From Naegleria gruberi (Eukaryota), in assembly GCA_000004985.1 (NCBI GenBank), contig GG738972.1: a stretch of 47,655 nucleotides of DNA, one strand, 5' to 3'. The notes below the pieces were generated by a model. It did not search any database, was not told where the DNA came from, and saw only the letters and a list, made by a program, of their open reading frames with translations. Shown here in pieces: positions 1-10,000 of the stretch; within the stretch, counting starts at the first letter, position 1; every line of letters begins with the position of its first letter. The position numbers were made by a program, and so were the translations under genes.

Positions 1-440
1 TCCACTCTTATTGAGTTGCAACTTTTTCCAATAATCCAATAATTTCTAAGGGCTACTTCCTCATCAATAGAACAATCTATTGCAAGTTGTTCATGAGTAA
101 CATTACTAGTCACAAAATAATCACCTCCAATATGTTTCTCAAATAATTTCAATACAACATTCTCAGGAATTTGATTAAAAGCAAGATAAACCATCAATTC
201 CGAATCAGTCCAATTCTTCAATGATTTCCCATTCGCATTCTTCATTGATGATTTATTAATTTCCCTCAAATATTGATTAACCTCATCATCGGAGAGTAAA
301 CCCGTAGAAAAATCTTCCTCCCAATCCAAATCTAACATTGAATCAATAACTGTAACACTTTTTCCATCCTCTTTATTTTCAGCATTATTAGCCTTTGTTG
401 ATGATGACTTCTTATCGAGGTAGGCTAAAAGGTCTTCCAT
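1..440 (-). CDS. 5' part of a protein-coding gene: ATG at 440-438, reads leftward out of the window. N-terminal ~146 aa with a SAM/Pointed-like helical region. Partial.
   Basis: The minus-strand translation from ATG (rc of cat 438-440) is stop-free down to position 3. It reads MEDLLAYLDKKSSSTKANNAENKEDGKSVTVIDSMLDLDWEEDFSTGLLSDDEVNQYLREINKSSMKNANGKSLKNWTDSELMVYLAFNQIPENVVLKLFEKHIGGDYFVTSNVTHEQLAIDCSIDEEVALRNYWIIGKSCNSIRV. The start context is A-rich (aaaaaaacaATGg). The W..SELMVYL...IPE..VLKLFEKHIGGDYF spacing resembles SAM domains. It is not in the supplied ORF track because it runs off the window edge. Confidence 0.5.
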   Translation of the reverse strand, partial: MEDLLAYLDKKSSSTKANNAENKEDGKSVTVIDSMLDLDWEEDFSTGLLSDDEVNQYLREINKSSMKNANGKSLKNWTDSELMVYLAFNQIPENVVLKLFEKHIGGDYFVTSNVTHEQLAIDCSIDEEVALRNYWIIGKSCNSIRV

Positions 441-613
441 TGTTTTTTTCCTTAAATTTTTCAAAAAATACAACAAACATACAACGCCTAGGTAAAGCGA
501 AGAATTGCATTTCAAAGCCTTCGCCTTAGTATTAAACAAAATATTCAAGGGACGTAAAGGAATGTATTGATAGTGTGGTAAAGAAAATGACCTTTTTGCA
601 ACCTTAAATAATA

Positions 614-780
614 CATAGCAAGACTGGAAAATTGTTTTTTGGCTACTTGAAATCTGCGAAGTCAGTTTTTACCAGCTGATTATTTTTAGTCGCGAGTTTT
701 TGATGTTGTCTAGCTGGTTTTGACCATCCCAGCGCTGGGATGGTAAGCTTAAAAATTCTCCACCAGCTAGTCTTGCTATG
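614..780. repeat. Perfect 12-bp inverted repeat (catagcaagact at 614-625 and agtcttgctatg at 769-780) bracketing a 143-bp segment that itself holds nested inverted repeats built on a CCAGCT core.
   Basis: Direct reading: rc(catagcaagact) equals agtcttgctatg. Inside it, accagct at 671-677 pairs with agctggt at 712-718, and gtctagctggt at 708-718 pairs with accagctagtc at 762-772 (10 of 11). A CAGCTG E-box-like hexamer sits at 673-678. Confidence 0.6.
724..743. repeat. Perfect 20-bp palindrome ccatcccagc|gctgggatgg with no spacer.
   Basis: Positions 724-733 are the exact reverse complement of 734-743. The palindrome lies inside the inverted-repeat cluster of the divergent promoter. Confidence 0.7.
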
Positions 781-841
781 TTGTCTTCAACTTTCCAAAA
801 ACGAAATCAATTTTGTATCCGAACATCACATGTCGGTAATG

Positions 842-849
842 TATAAAAG
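842..849 (+). promoter_or_regulatory. TATA-like element TATAAAAG, about 150 nt upstream of the ATG at 999.
   Basis: tataaaag at 842-849 on the plus strand, in the right orientation and distance range for the plus-strand gene starting at 999. Confidence 0.3.
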
Positions 850-998
850 TTAATTGCTGAACCTGTGTTGATATGAAGTGAGCATGAACAAATGGAAGGA
901 AGAGCACATCAATCGTTCCTGATTGTACATCAAACACCACAAAAAAAGCATCGCTCTCCATACACATTGCAATTATCATCAACAACAACTTTAAAAGC

Positions 999-1058
999 AT
1001 GAGTGAAACATCATCAACAACAGCTGCTGATAATTCAGCATCAACAACACCAATAACA
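999..1058 (+). CDS. Start of a plus-strand protein-coding gene with a Ser/Thr-rich N-terminus MSETSSTTAADNSASTTPIT. The body is hidden in the mask.
   Basis: ATG at 999 is the first ATG after an in-frame TGA at 885-887, and the frame is open into the N run at 1059. Only 20 codons are visible, so the product is unknown. Confidence 0.4.
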
Positions 1059-4000
1059 NNNNNNNNNNNNNNNNNNNNNNNNNNNNNNNNNNNNNNNNNN
1101 NNNNNNNNNNNNNNNNNNNNNNNNNNNNNNNNNNNNNNNNNNNNNNNNNNNNNNNNNNNNNNNNNNNNNNNNNNNNNNNNNNNNNNNNNNNNNNNNNNNN
1201 NNNNNNNNNNNNNNNNNNNNNNNNNNNNNNNNNNNNNNNNNNNNNNNNNNNNNNNNNNNNNNNNNNNNNNNNNNNNNNNNNNNNNNNNNNNNNNNNNNNN
1301 NNNNNNNNNNNNNNNNNNNNNNNNNNNNNNNNNNNNNNNNNNNNNNNNNNNNNNNNNNNNNNNNNNNNNNNNNNNNNNNNNNNNNNNNNNNNNNNNNNNN
1401 NNNNNNNNNNNNNNNNNNNNNNNNNNNNNNNNNNNNNNNNNNNNNNNNNNNNNNNNNNNNNNNNNNNNNNNNNNNNNNNNNNNNNNNNNNNNNNNNNNNN
1501 NNNNNNNNNNNNNNNNNNNNNNNNNNNNNNNNNNNNNNNNNNNNNNNNNNNNNNNNNNNNNNNNNNNNNNNNNNNNNNNNNNNNNNNNNNNNNNNNNNNN
1601 NNNNNNNNNNNNNNNNNNNNNNNNNNNNNNNNNNNNNNNNNNNNNNNNNNNNNNNNNNNNNNNNNNNNNNNNNNNNNNNNNNNNNNNNNNNNNNNNNNNN
1701 NNNNNNNNNNNNNNNNNNNNNNNNNNNNNNNNNNNNNNNNNNNNNNNNNNNNNNNNNNNNNNNNNNNNNNNNNNNNNNNNNNNNNNNNNNNNNNNNNNNN
1801 NNNNNNNNNNNNNNNNNNNNNNNNNNNNNNNNNNNNNNNNNNNNNNNNNNNNNNNNNNNNNNNNNNNNNNNNNNNNNNNNNNNNNNNNNNNNNNNNNNNN
1901 NNNNNNNNNNNNNNNNNNNNNNNNNNNNNNNNNNNNNNNNNNNNNNNNNNNNNNNNNNNNNNNNNNNNNNNNNNNNNNNNNNNNNNNNNNNNNNNNNNNN
2001 NNNNNNNNNNNNNNNNNNNNNNNNNNNNNNNNNNNNNNNNNNNNNNNNNNNNNNNNNNNNNNNNNNNNNNNNNNNNNNNNNNNNNNNNNNNNNNNNNNNN
2101 NNNNNNNNNNNNNNNNNNNNNNNNNNNNNNNNNNNNNNNNNNNNNNNNNNNNNNNNNNNNNNNNNNNNNNNNNNNNNNNNNNNNNNNNNNNNNNNNNNNN
2201 NNNNNNNNNNNNNNNNNNNNNNNNNNNNNNNNNNNNNNNNNNNNNNNNNNNNNNNNNNNNNNNNNNNNNNNNNNNNNNNNNNNNNNNNNNNNNNNNNNNN
2301 NNNNNNNNNNNNNNNNNNNNNNNNNNNNNNNNNNNNNNNNNNNNNNNNNNNNNNNNNNNNNNNNNNNNNNNNNNNNNNNNNNNNNNNNNNNNNNNNNNNN
2401 NNNNNNNNNNNNNNNNNNNNNNNNNNNNNNNNNNNNNNNNNNNNNNNNNNNNNNNNNNNNNNNNNNNNNNNNNNNNNNNNNNNNNNNNNNNNNNNNNNNN
2501 NNNNNNNNNNNNNNNNNNNNNNNNNNNNNNNNNNNNNNNNNNNNNNNNNNNNNNNNNNNNNNNNNNNNNNNNNNNNNNNNNNNNNNNNNNNNNNNNNNNN
2601 NNNNNNNNNNNNNNNNNNNNNNNNNNNNNNNNNNNNNNNNNNNNNNNNNNNNNNNNNNNNNNNNNNNNNNNNNNNNNNNNNNNNNNNNNNNNNNNNNNNN
2701 NNNNNNNNNNNNNNNNNNNNNNNNNNNNNNNNNNNNNNNNNNNNNNNNNNNNNNNNNNNNNNNNNNNNNNNNNNNNNNNNNNNNNNNNNNNNNNNNNNNN
2801 NNNNNNNNNNNNNNNNNNNNNNNNNNNNNNNNNNNNNNNNNNNNNNNNNNNNNNNNNNNNNNNNNNNNNNNNNNNNNNNNNNNNNNNNNNNNNNNNNNNN
2901 NNNNNNNNNNNNNNNNNNNNNNNNNNNNNNNNNNNNNNNNNNNNNNNNNNNNNNNNNNNNNNNNNNNNNNNNNNNNNNNNNNNNNNNNNNNNNNNNNNNN
3001 NNNNNNNNNNNNNNNNNNNNNNNNNNNNNNNNNNNNNNNNNNNNNNNNNNNNNNNNNNNNNNNNNNNNNNNNNNNNNNNNNNNNNNNNNNNNNNNNNNNN
3101 NNNNNNNNNNNNNNNNNNNNNNNNNNNNNNNNNNNNNNNNNNNNNNNNNNNNNNNNNNNNNNNNNNNNNNNNNNNNNNNNNNNNNNNNNNNNNNNNNNNN
3201 NNNNNNNNNNNNNNNNNNNNNNNNNNNNNNNNNNNNNNNNNNNNNNNNNNNNNNNNNNNNNNNNNNNNNNNNNNNNNNNNNNNNNNNNNNNNNNNNNNNN
3301 NNNNNNNNNNNNNNNNNNNNNNNNNNNNNNNNNNNNNNNNNNNNNNNNNNNNNNNNNNNNNNNNNNNNNNNNNNNNNNNNNNNNNNNNNNNNNNNNNNNN
3401 NNNNNNNNNNNNNNNNNNNNNNNNNNNNNNNNNNNNNNNNNNNNNNNNNNNNNNNNNNNNNNNNNNNNNNNNNNNNNNNNNNNNNNNNNNNNNNNNNNNN
3501 NNNNNNNNNNNNNNNNNNNNNNNNNNNNNNNNNNNNNNNNNNNNNNNNNNNNNNNNNNNNNNNNNNNNNNNNNNNNNNNNNNNNNNNNNNNNNNNNNNNN
3601 NNNNNNNNNNNNNNNNNNNNNNNNNNNNNNNNNNNNNNNNNNNNNNNNNNNNNNNNNNNNNNNNNNNNNNNNNNNNNNNNNNNNNNNNNNNNNNNNNNNN
3701 NNNNNNNNNNNNNNNNNNNNNNNNNNNNNNNNNNNNNNNNNNNNNNNNNNNNNNNNNNNNNNNNNNNNNNNNNNNNNNNNNNNNNNNNNNNNNNNNNNNN
3801 NNNNNNNNNNNNNNNNNNNNNNNNNNNNNNNNNNNNNNNNNNNNNNNNNNNNNNNNNNNNNNNNNNNNNNNNNNNNNNNNNNNNNNNNNNNNNNNNNNNN
3901 NNNNNNNNNNNNNNNNNNNNNNNNNNNNNNNNNNNNNNNNNNNNNNNNNNNNNNNNNNNNNNNNNNNNNNNNNNNNNNNNNNNNNNNNNNNNNNNNNNNN

Positions 4001-7000
4001 NNNNNNNNNNNNNNNNNNNNNNNNNNNNNNNNNNNNNNNNNNNNNNNNNNNNNNNNNNNNNNNNNNNNNNNNNNNNNNNNNNNNNNNNNNNNNNNNNNNN
4101 NNNNNNNNNNNNNNNNNNNNNNNNNNNNNNNNNNNNNNNNNNNNNNNNNNNNNNNNNNNNNNNNNNNNNNNNNNNNNNNNNNNNNNNNNNNNNNNNNNNN
4201 NNNNNNNNNNNNNNNNNNNNNNNNNNNNNNNNNNNNNNNNNNNNNNNNNNNNNNNNNNNNNNNNNNNNNNNNNNNNNNNNNNNNNNNNNNNNNNNNNNNN
4301 NNNNNNNNNNNNNNNNNNNNNNNNNNNNNNNNNNNNNNNNNNNNNNNNNNNNNNNNNNNNNNNNNNNNNNNNNNNNNNNNNNNNNNNNNNNNNNNNNNNN
4401 NNNNNNNNNNNNNNNNNNNNNNNNNNNNNNNNNNNNNNNNNNNNNNNNNNNNNNNNNNNNNNNNNNNNNNNNNNNNNNNNNNNNNNNNNNNNNNNNNNNN
4501 NNNNNNNNNNNNNNNNNNNNNNNNNNNNNNNNNNNNNNNNNNNNNNNNNNNNNNNNNNNNNNNNNNNNNNNNNNNNNNNNNNNNNNNNNNNNNNNNNNNN
4601 NNNNNNNNNNNNNNNNNNNNNNNNNNNNNNNNNNNNNNNNNNNNNNNNNNNNNNNNNNNNNNNNNNNNNNNNNNNNNNNNNNNNNNNNNNNNNNNNNNNN
4701 NNNNNNNNNNNNNNNNNNNNNNNNNNNNNNNNNNNNNNNNNNNNNNNNNNNNNNNNNNNNNNNNNNNNNNNNNNNNNNNNNNNNNNNNNNNNNNNNNNNN
4801 NNNNNNNNNNNNNNNNNNNNNNNNNNNNNNNNNNNNNNNNNNNNNNNNNNNNNNNNNNNNNNNNNNNNNNNNNNNNNNNNNNNNNNNNNNNNNNNNNNNN
4901 NNNNNNNNNNNNNNNNNNNNNNNNNNNNNNNNNNNNNNNNNNNNNNNNNNNNNNNNNNNNNNNNNNNNNNNNNNNNNNNNNNNNNNNNNNNNNNNNNNNN
5001 NNNNNNNNNNNNNNNNNNNNNNNNNNNNNNNNNNNNNNNNNNNNNNNNNNNNNNNNNNNNNNNNNNNNNNNNNNNNNNNNNNNNNNNNNNNNNNNNNNNN
5101 NNNNNNNNNNNNNNNNNNNNNNNNNNNNNNNNNNNNNNNNNNNNNNNNNNNNNNNNNNNNNNNNNNNNNNNNNNNNNNNNNNNNNNNNNNNNNNNNNNNN
5201 NNNNNNNNNNNNNNNNNNNNNNNNNNNNNNNNNNNNNNNNNNNNNNNNNNNNNNNNNNNNNNNNNNNNNNNNNNNNNNNNNNNNNNNNNNNNNNNNNNNN
5301 NNNNNNNNNNNNNNNNNNNNNNNNNNNNNNNNNNNNNNNNNNNNNNNNNNNNNNNNNNNNNNNNNNNNNNNNNNNNNNNNNNNNNNNNNNNNNNNNNNNN
5401 NNNNNNNNNNNNNNNNNNNNNNNNNNNNNNNNNNNNNNNNNNNNNNNNNNNNNNNNNNNNNNNNNNNNNNNNNNNNNNNNNNNNNNNNNNNNNNNNNNNN
5501 NNNNNNNNNNNNNNNNNNNNNNNNNNNNNNNNNNNNNNNNNNNNNNNNNNNNNNNNNNNNNNNNNNNNNNNNNNNNNNNNNNNNNNNNNNNNNNNNNNNN
5601 NNNNNNNNNNNNNNNNNNNNNNNNNNNNNNNNNNNNNNNNNNNNNNNNNNNNNNNNNNNNNNNNNNNNNNNNNNNNNNNNNNNNNNNNNNNNNNNNNNNN
5701 NNNNNNNNNNNNNNNNNNNNNNNNNNNNNNNNNNNNNNNNNNNNNNNNNNNNNNNNNNNNNNNNNNNNNNNNNNNNNNNNNNNNNNNNNNNNNNNNNNNN
5801 NNNNNNNNNNNNNNNNNNNNNNNNNNNNNNNNNNNNNNNNNNNNNNNNNNNNNNNNNNNNNNNNNNNNNNNNNNNNNNNNNNNNNNNNNNNNNNNNNNNN
5901 NNNNNNNNNNNNNNNNNNNNNNNNNNNNNNNNNNNNNNNNNNNNNNNNNNNNNNNNNNNNNNNNNNNNNNNNNNNNNNNNNNNNNNNNNNNNNNNNNNNN
6001 NNNNNNNNNNNNNNNNNNNNNNNNNNNNNNNNNNNNNNNNNNNNNNNNNNNNNNNNNNNNNNNNNNNNNNNNNNNNNNNNNNNNNNNNNNNNNNNNNNNN
6101 NNNNNNNNNNNNNNNNNNNNNNNNNNNNNNNNNNNNNNNNNNNNNNNNNNNNNNNNNNNNNNNNNNNNNNNNNNNNNNNNNNNNNNNNNNNNNNNNNNNN
6201 NNNNNNNNNNNNNNNNNNNNNNNNNNNNNNNNNNNNNNNNNNNNNNNNNNNNNNNNNNNNNNNNNNNNNNNNNNNNNNNNNNNNNNNNNNNNNNNNNNNN
6301 NNNNNNNNNNNNNNNNNNNNNNNNNNNNNNNNNNNNNNNNNNNNNNNNNNNNNNNNNNNNNNNNNNNNNNNNNNNNNNNNNNNNNNNNNNNNNNNNNNNN
6401 NNNNNNNNNNNNNNNNNNNNNNNNNNNNNNNNNNNNNNNNNNNNNNNNNNNNNNNNNNNNNNNNNNNNNNNNNNNNNNNNNNNNNNNNNNNNNNNNNNNN
6501 NNNNNNNNNNNNNNNNNNNNNNNNNNNNNNNNNNNNNNNNNNNNNNNNNNNNNNNNNNNNNNNNNNNNNNNNNNNNNNNNNNNNNNNNNNNNNNNNNNNN
6601 NNNNNNNNNNNNNNNNNNNNNNNNNNNNNNNNNNNNNNNNNNNNNNNNNNNNNNNNNNNNNNNNNNNNNNNNNNNNNNNNNNNNNNNNNNNNNNNNNNNN
6701 NNNNNNNNNNNNNNNNNNNNNNNNNNNNNNNNNNNNNNNNNNNNNNNNNNNNNNNNNNNNNNNNNNNNNNNNNNNNNNNNNNNNNNNNNNNNNNNNNNNN
6801 NNNNNNNNNNNNNNNNNNNNNNNNNNNNNNNNNNNNNNNNNNNNNNNNNNNNNNNNNNNNNNNNNNNNNNNNNNNNNNNNNNNNNNNNNNNNNNNNNNNN
6901 NNNNNNNNNNNNNNNNNNNNNNNNNNNNNNNNNNNNNNNNNNNNNNNNNNNNNNNNNNNNNNNNNNNNNNNNNNNNNNNNNNNNNNNNNNNNNNNNNNNN

Positions 7001-10000
7001 NNNNNNNNNNNNNNNNNNNNNNNNNNNNNNNNNNNNNNNNNNNNNNNNNNNNNNNNNNNNNNNNNNNNNNNNNNNNNNNNNNNNNNNNNNNNNNNNNNNN
7101 NNNNNNNNNNNNNNNNNNNNNNNNNNNNNNNNNNNNNNNNNNNNNNNNNNNNNNNNNNNNNNNNNNNNNNNNNNNNNNNNNNNNNNNNNNNNNNNNNNNN
7201 NNNNNNNNNNNNNNNNNNNNNNNNNNNNNNNNNNNNNNNNNNNNNNNNNNNNNNNNNNNNNNNNNNNNNNNNNNNNNNNNNNNNNNNNNNNNNNNNNNNN
7301 NNNNNNNNNNNNNNNNNNNNNNNNNNNNNNNNNNNNNNNNNNNNNNNNNNNNNNNNNNNNNNNNNNNNNNNNNNNNNNNNNNNNNNNNNNNNNNNNNNNN
7401 NNNNNNNNNNNNNNNNNNNNNNNNNNNNNNNNNNNNNNNNNNNNNNNNNNNNNNNNNNNNNNNNNNNNNNNNNNNNNNNNNNNNNNNNNNNNNNNNNNNN
7501 NNNNNNNNNNNNNNNNNNNNNNNNNNNNNNNNNNNNNNNNNNNNNNNNNNNNNNNNNNNNNNNNNNNNNNNNNNNNNNNNNNNNNNNNNNNNNNNNNNNN
7601 NNNNNNNNNNNNNNNNNNNNNNNNNNNNNNNNNNNNNNNNNNNNNNNNNNNNNNNNNNNNNNNNNNNNNNNNNNNNNNNNNNNNNNNNNNNNNNNNNNNN
7701 NNNNNNNNNNNNNNNNNNNNNNNNNNNNNNNNNNNNNNNNNNNNNNNNNNNNNNNNNNNNNNNNNNNNNNNNNNNNNNNNNNNNNNNNNNNNNNNNNNNN
7801 NNNNNNNNNNNNNNNNNNNNNNNNNNNNNNNNNNNNNNNNNNNNNNNNNNNNNNNNNNNNNNNNNNNNNNNNNNNNNNNNNNNNNNNNNNNNNNNNNNNN
7901 NNNNNNNNNNNNNNNNNNNNNNNNNNNNNNNNNNNNNNNNNNNNNNNNNNNNNNNNNNNNNNNNNNNNNNNNNNNNNNNNNNNNNNNNNNNNNNNNNNNN
8001 NNNNNNNNNNNNNNNNNNNNNNNNNNNNNNNNNNNNNNNNNNNNNNNNNNNNNNNNNNNNNNNNNNNNNNNNNNNNNNNNNNNNNNNNNNNNNNNNNNNN
8101 NNNNNNNNNNNNNNNNNNNNNNNNNNNNNNNNNNNNNNNNNNNNNNNNNNNNNNNNNNNNNNNNNNNNNNNNNNNNNNNNNNNNNNNNNNNNNNNNNNNN
8201 NNNNNNNNNNNNNNNNNNNNNNNNNNNNNNNNNNNNNNNNNNNNNNNNNNNNNNNNNNNNNNNNNNNNNNNNNNNNNNNNNNNNNNNNNNNNNNNNNNNN
8301 NNNNNNNNNNNNNNNNNNNNNNNNNNNNNNNNNNNNNNNNNNNNNNNNNNNNNNNNNNNNNNNNNNNNNNNNNNNNNNNNNNNNNNNNNNNNNNNNNNNN
8401 NNNNNNNNNNNNNNNNNNNNNNNNNNNNNNNNNNNNNNNNNNNNNNNNNNNNNNNNNNNNNNNNNNNNNNNNNNNNNNNNNNNNNNNNNNNNNNNNNNNN
8501 NNNNNNNNNNNNNNNNNNNNNNNNNNNNNNNNNNNNNNNNNNNNNNNNNNNNNNNNNNNNNNNNNNNNNNNNNNNNNNNNNNNNNNNNNNNNNNNNNNNN
8601 NNNNNNNNNNNNNNNNNNNNNNNNNNNNNNNNNNNNNNNNNNNNNNNNNNNNNNNNNNNNNNNNNNNNNNNNNNNNNNNNNNNNNNNNNNNNNNNNNNNN
8701 NNNNNNNNNNNNNNNNNNNNNNNNNNNNNNNNNNNNNNNNNNNNNNNNNNNNNNNNNNNNNNNNNNNNNNNNNNNNNNNNNNNNNNNNNNNNNNNNNNNN
8801 NNNNNNNNNNNNNNNNNNNNNNNNNNNNNNNNNNNNNNNNNNNNNNNNNNNNNNNNNNNNNNNNNNNNNNNNNNNNNNNNNNNNNNNNNNNNNNNNNNNN
8901 NNNNNNNNNNNNNNNNNNNNNNNNNNNNNNNNNNNNNNNNNNNNNNNNNNNNNNNNNNNNNNNNNNNNNNNNNNNNNNNNNNNNNNNNNNNNNNNNNNNN
9001 NNNNNNNNNNNNNNNNNNNNNNNNNNNNNNNNNNNNNNNNNNNNNNNNNNNNNNNNNNNNNNNNNNNNNNNNNNNNNNNNNNNNNNNNNNNNNNNNNNNN
9101 NNNNNNNNNNNNNNNNNNNNNNNNNNNNNNNNNNNNNNNNNNNNNNNNNNNNNNNNNNNNNNNNNNNNNNNNNNNNNNNNNNNNNNNNNNNNNNNNNNNN
9201 NNNNNNNNNNNNNNNNNNNNNNNNNNNNNNNNNNNNNNNNNNNNNNNNNNNNNNNNNNNNNNNNNNNNNNNNNNNNNNNNNNNNNNNNNNNNNNNNNNNN
9301 NNNNNNNNNNNNNNNNNNNNNNNNNNNNNNNNNNNNNNNNNNNNNNNNNNNNNNNNNNNNNNNNNNNNNNNNNNNNNNNNNNNNNNNNNNNNNNNNNNNN
9401 NNNNNNNNNNNNNNNNNNNNNNNNNNNNNNNNNNNNNNNNNNNNNNNNNNNNNNNNNNNNNNNNNNNNNNNNNNNNNNNNNNNNNNNNNNNNNNNNNNNN
9501 NNNNNNNNNNNNNNNNNNNNNNNNNNNNNNNNNNNNNNNNNNNNNNNNNNNNNNNNNNNNNNNNNNNNNNNNNNNNNNNNNNNNNNNNNNNNNNNNNNNN
9601 NNNNNNNNNNNNNNNNNNNNNNNNNNNNNNNNNNNNNNNNNNNNNNNNNNNNNNNNNNNNNNNNNNNNNNNNNNNNNNNNNNNNNNNNNNNNNNNNNNNN
9701 NNNNNNNNNNNNNNNNNNNNNNNNNNNNNNNNNNNNNNNNNNNNNNNNNNNNNNNNNNNNNNNNNNNNNNNNNNNNNNNNNNNNNNNNNNNNNNNNNNNN
9801 NNNNNNNNNNNNNNNNNNNNNNNNNNNNNNNNNNNNNNNNNNNNNNNNNNNNNNNNNNNNNNNNNNNNNNNNNNNNNNNNNNNNNNNNNNNNNNNNNNNN
9901 NNNNNNNNNNNNNNNNNNNNNNNNNNNNNNNNNNNNNNNNNNNNNNNNNNNNNNNNNNNNNNNNNNNNNNNNNNNNNNNNNNNNNNNNNNNNNNNNNNNN

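Larger units (their letters stand above)
441..998. promoter_or_regulatory. Divergent, head-to-head intergenic and promoter region shared by the minus-strand gene starting at 440 and the plus-strand gene starting at 999.
   Basis: 558 bp lie between two outward-facing ATGs and contain no long ORF. The region is noticeably more GC-rich and more structured than the flanking coding sequence. Confidence 0.45.

Noticed and set aside
441-998. Spliced-leader RNA, snRNA or 5S genes in the intergenic regions (searched both divergent promoters).
   Set aside because: There is no match to the SL1 core (ggtttaattacccaagtttgag), no U6 or 5S conserved block, and no clean Sm site followed by a terminal hairpin. 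The AUUUUGG-like strings at 631-642 and 34742-34751 are part of other structures.
776-1000. 74-aa minus-strand ORF, and also 35281-35529 (plus) and 47185-47421 (plus).
   Set aside because: These are short ORFs antisense to, or out of frame with, supported genes (the start of the 999 gene, the cyclophilin leader, and the 47041-47655 gene), with no start context or protein-like composition.
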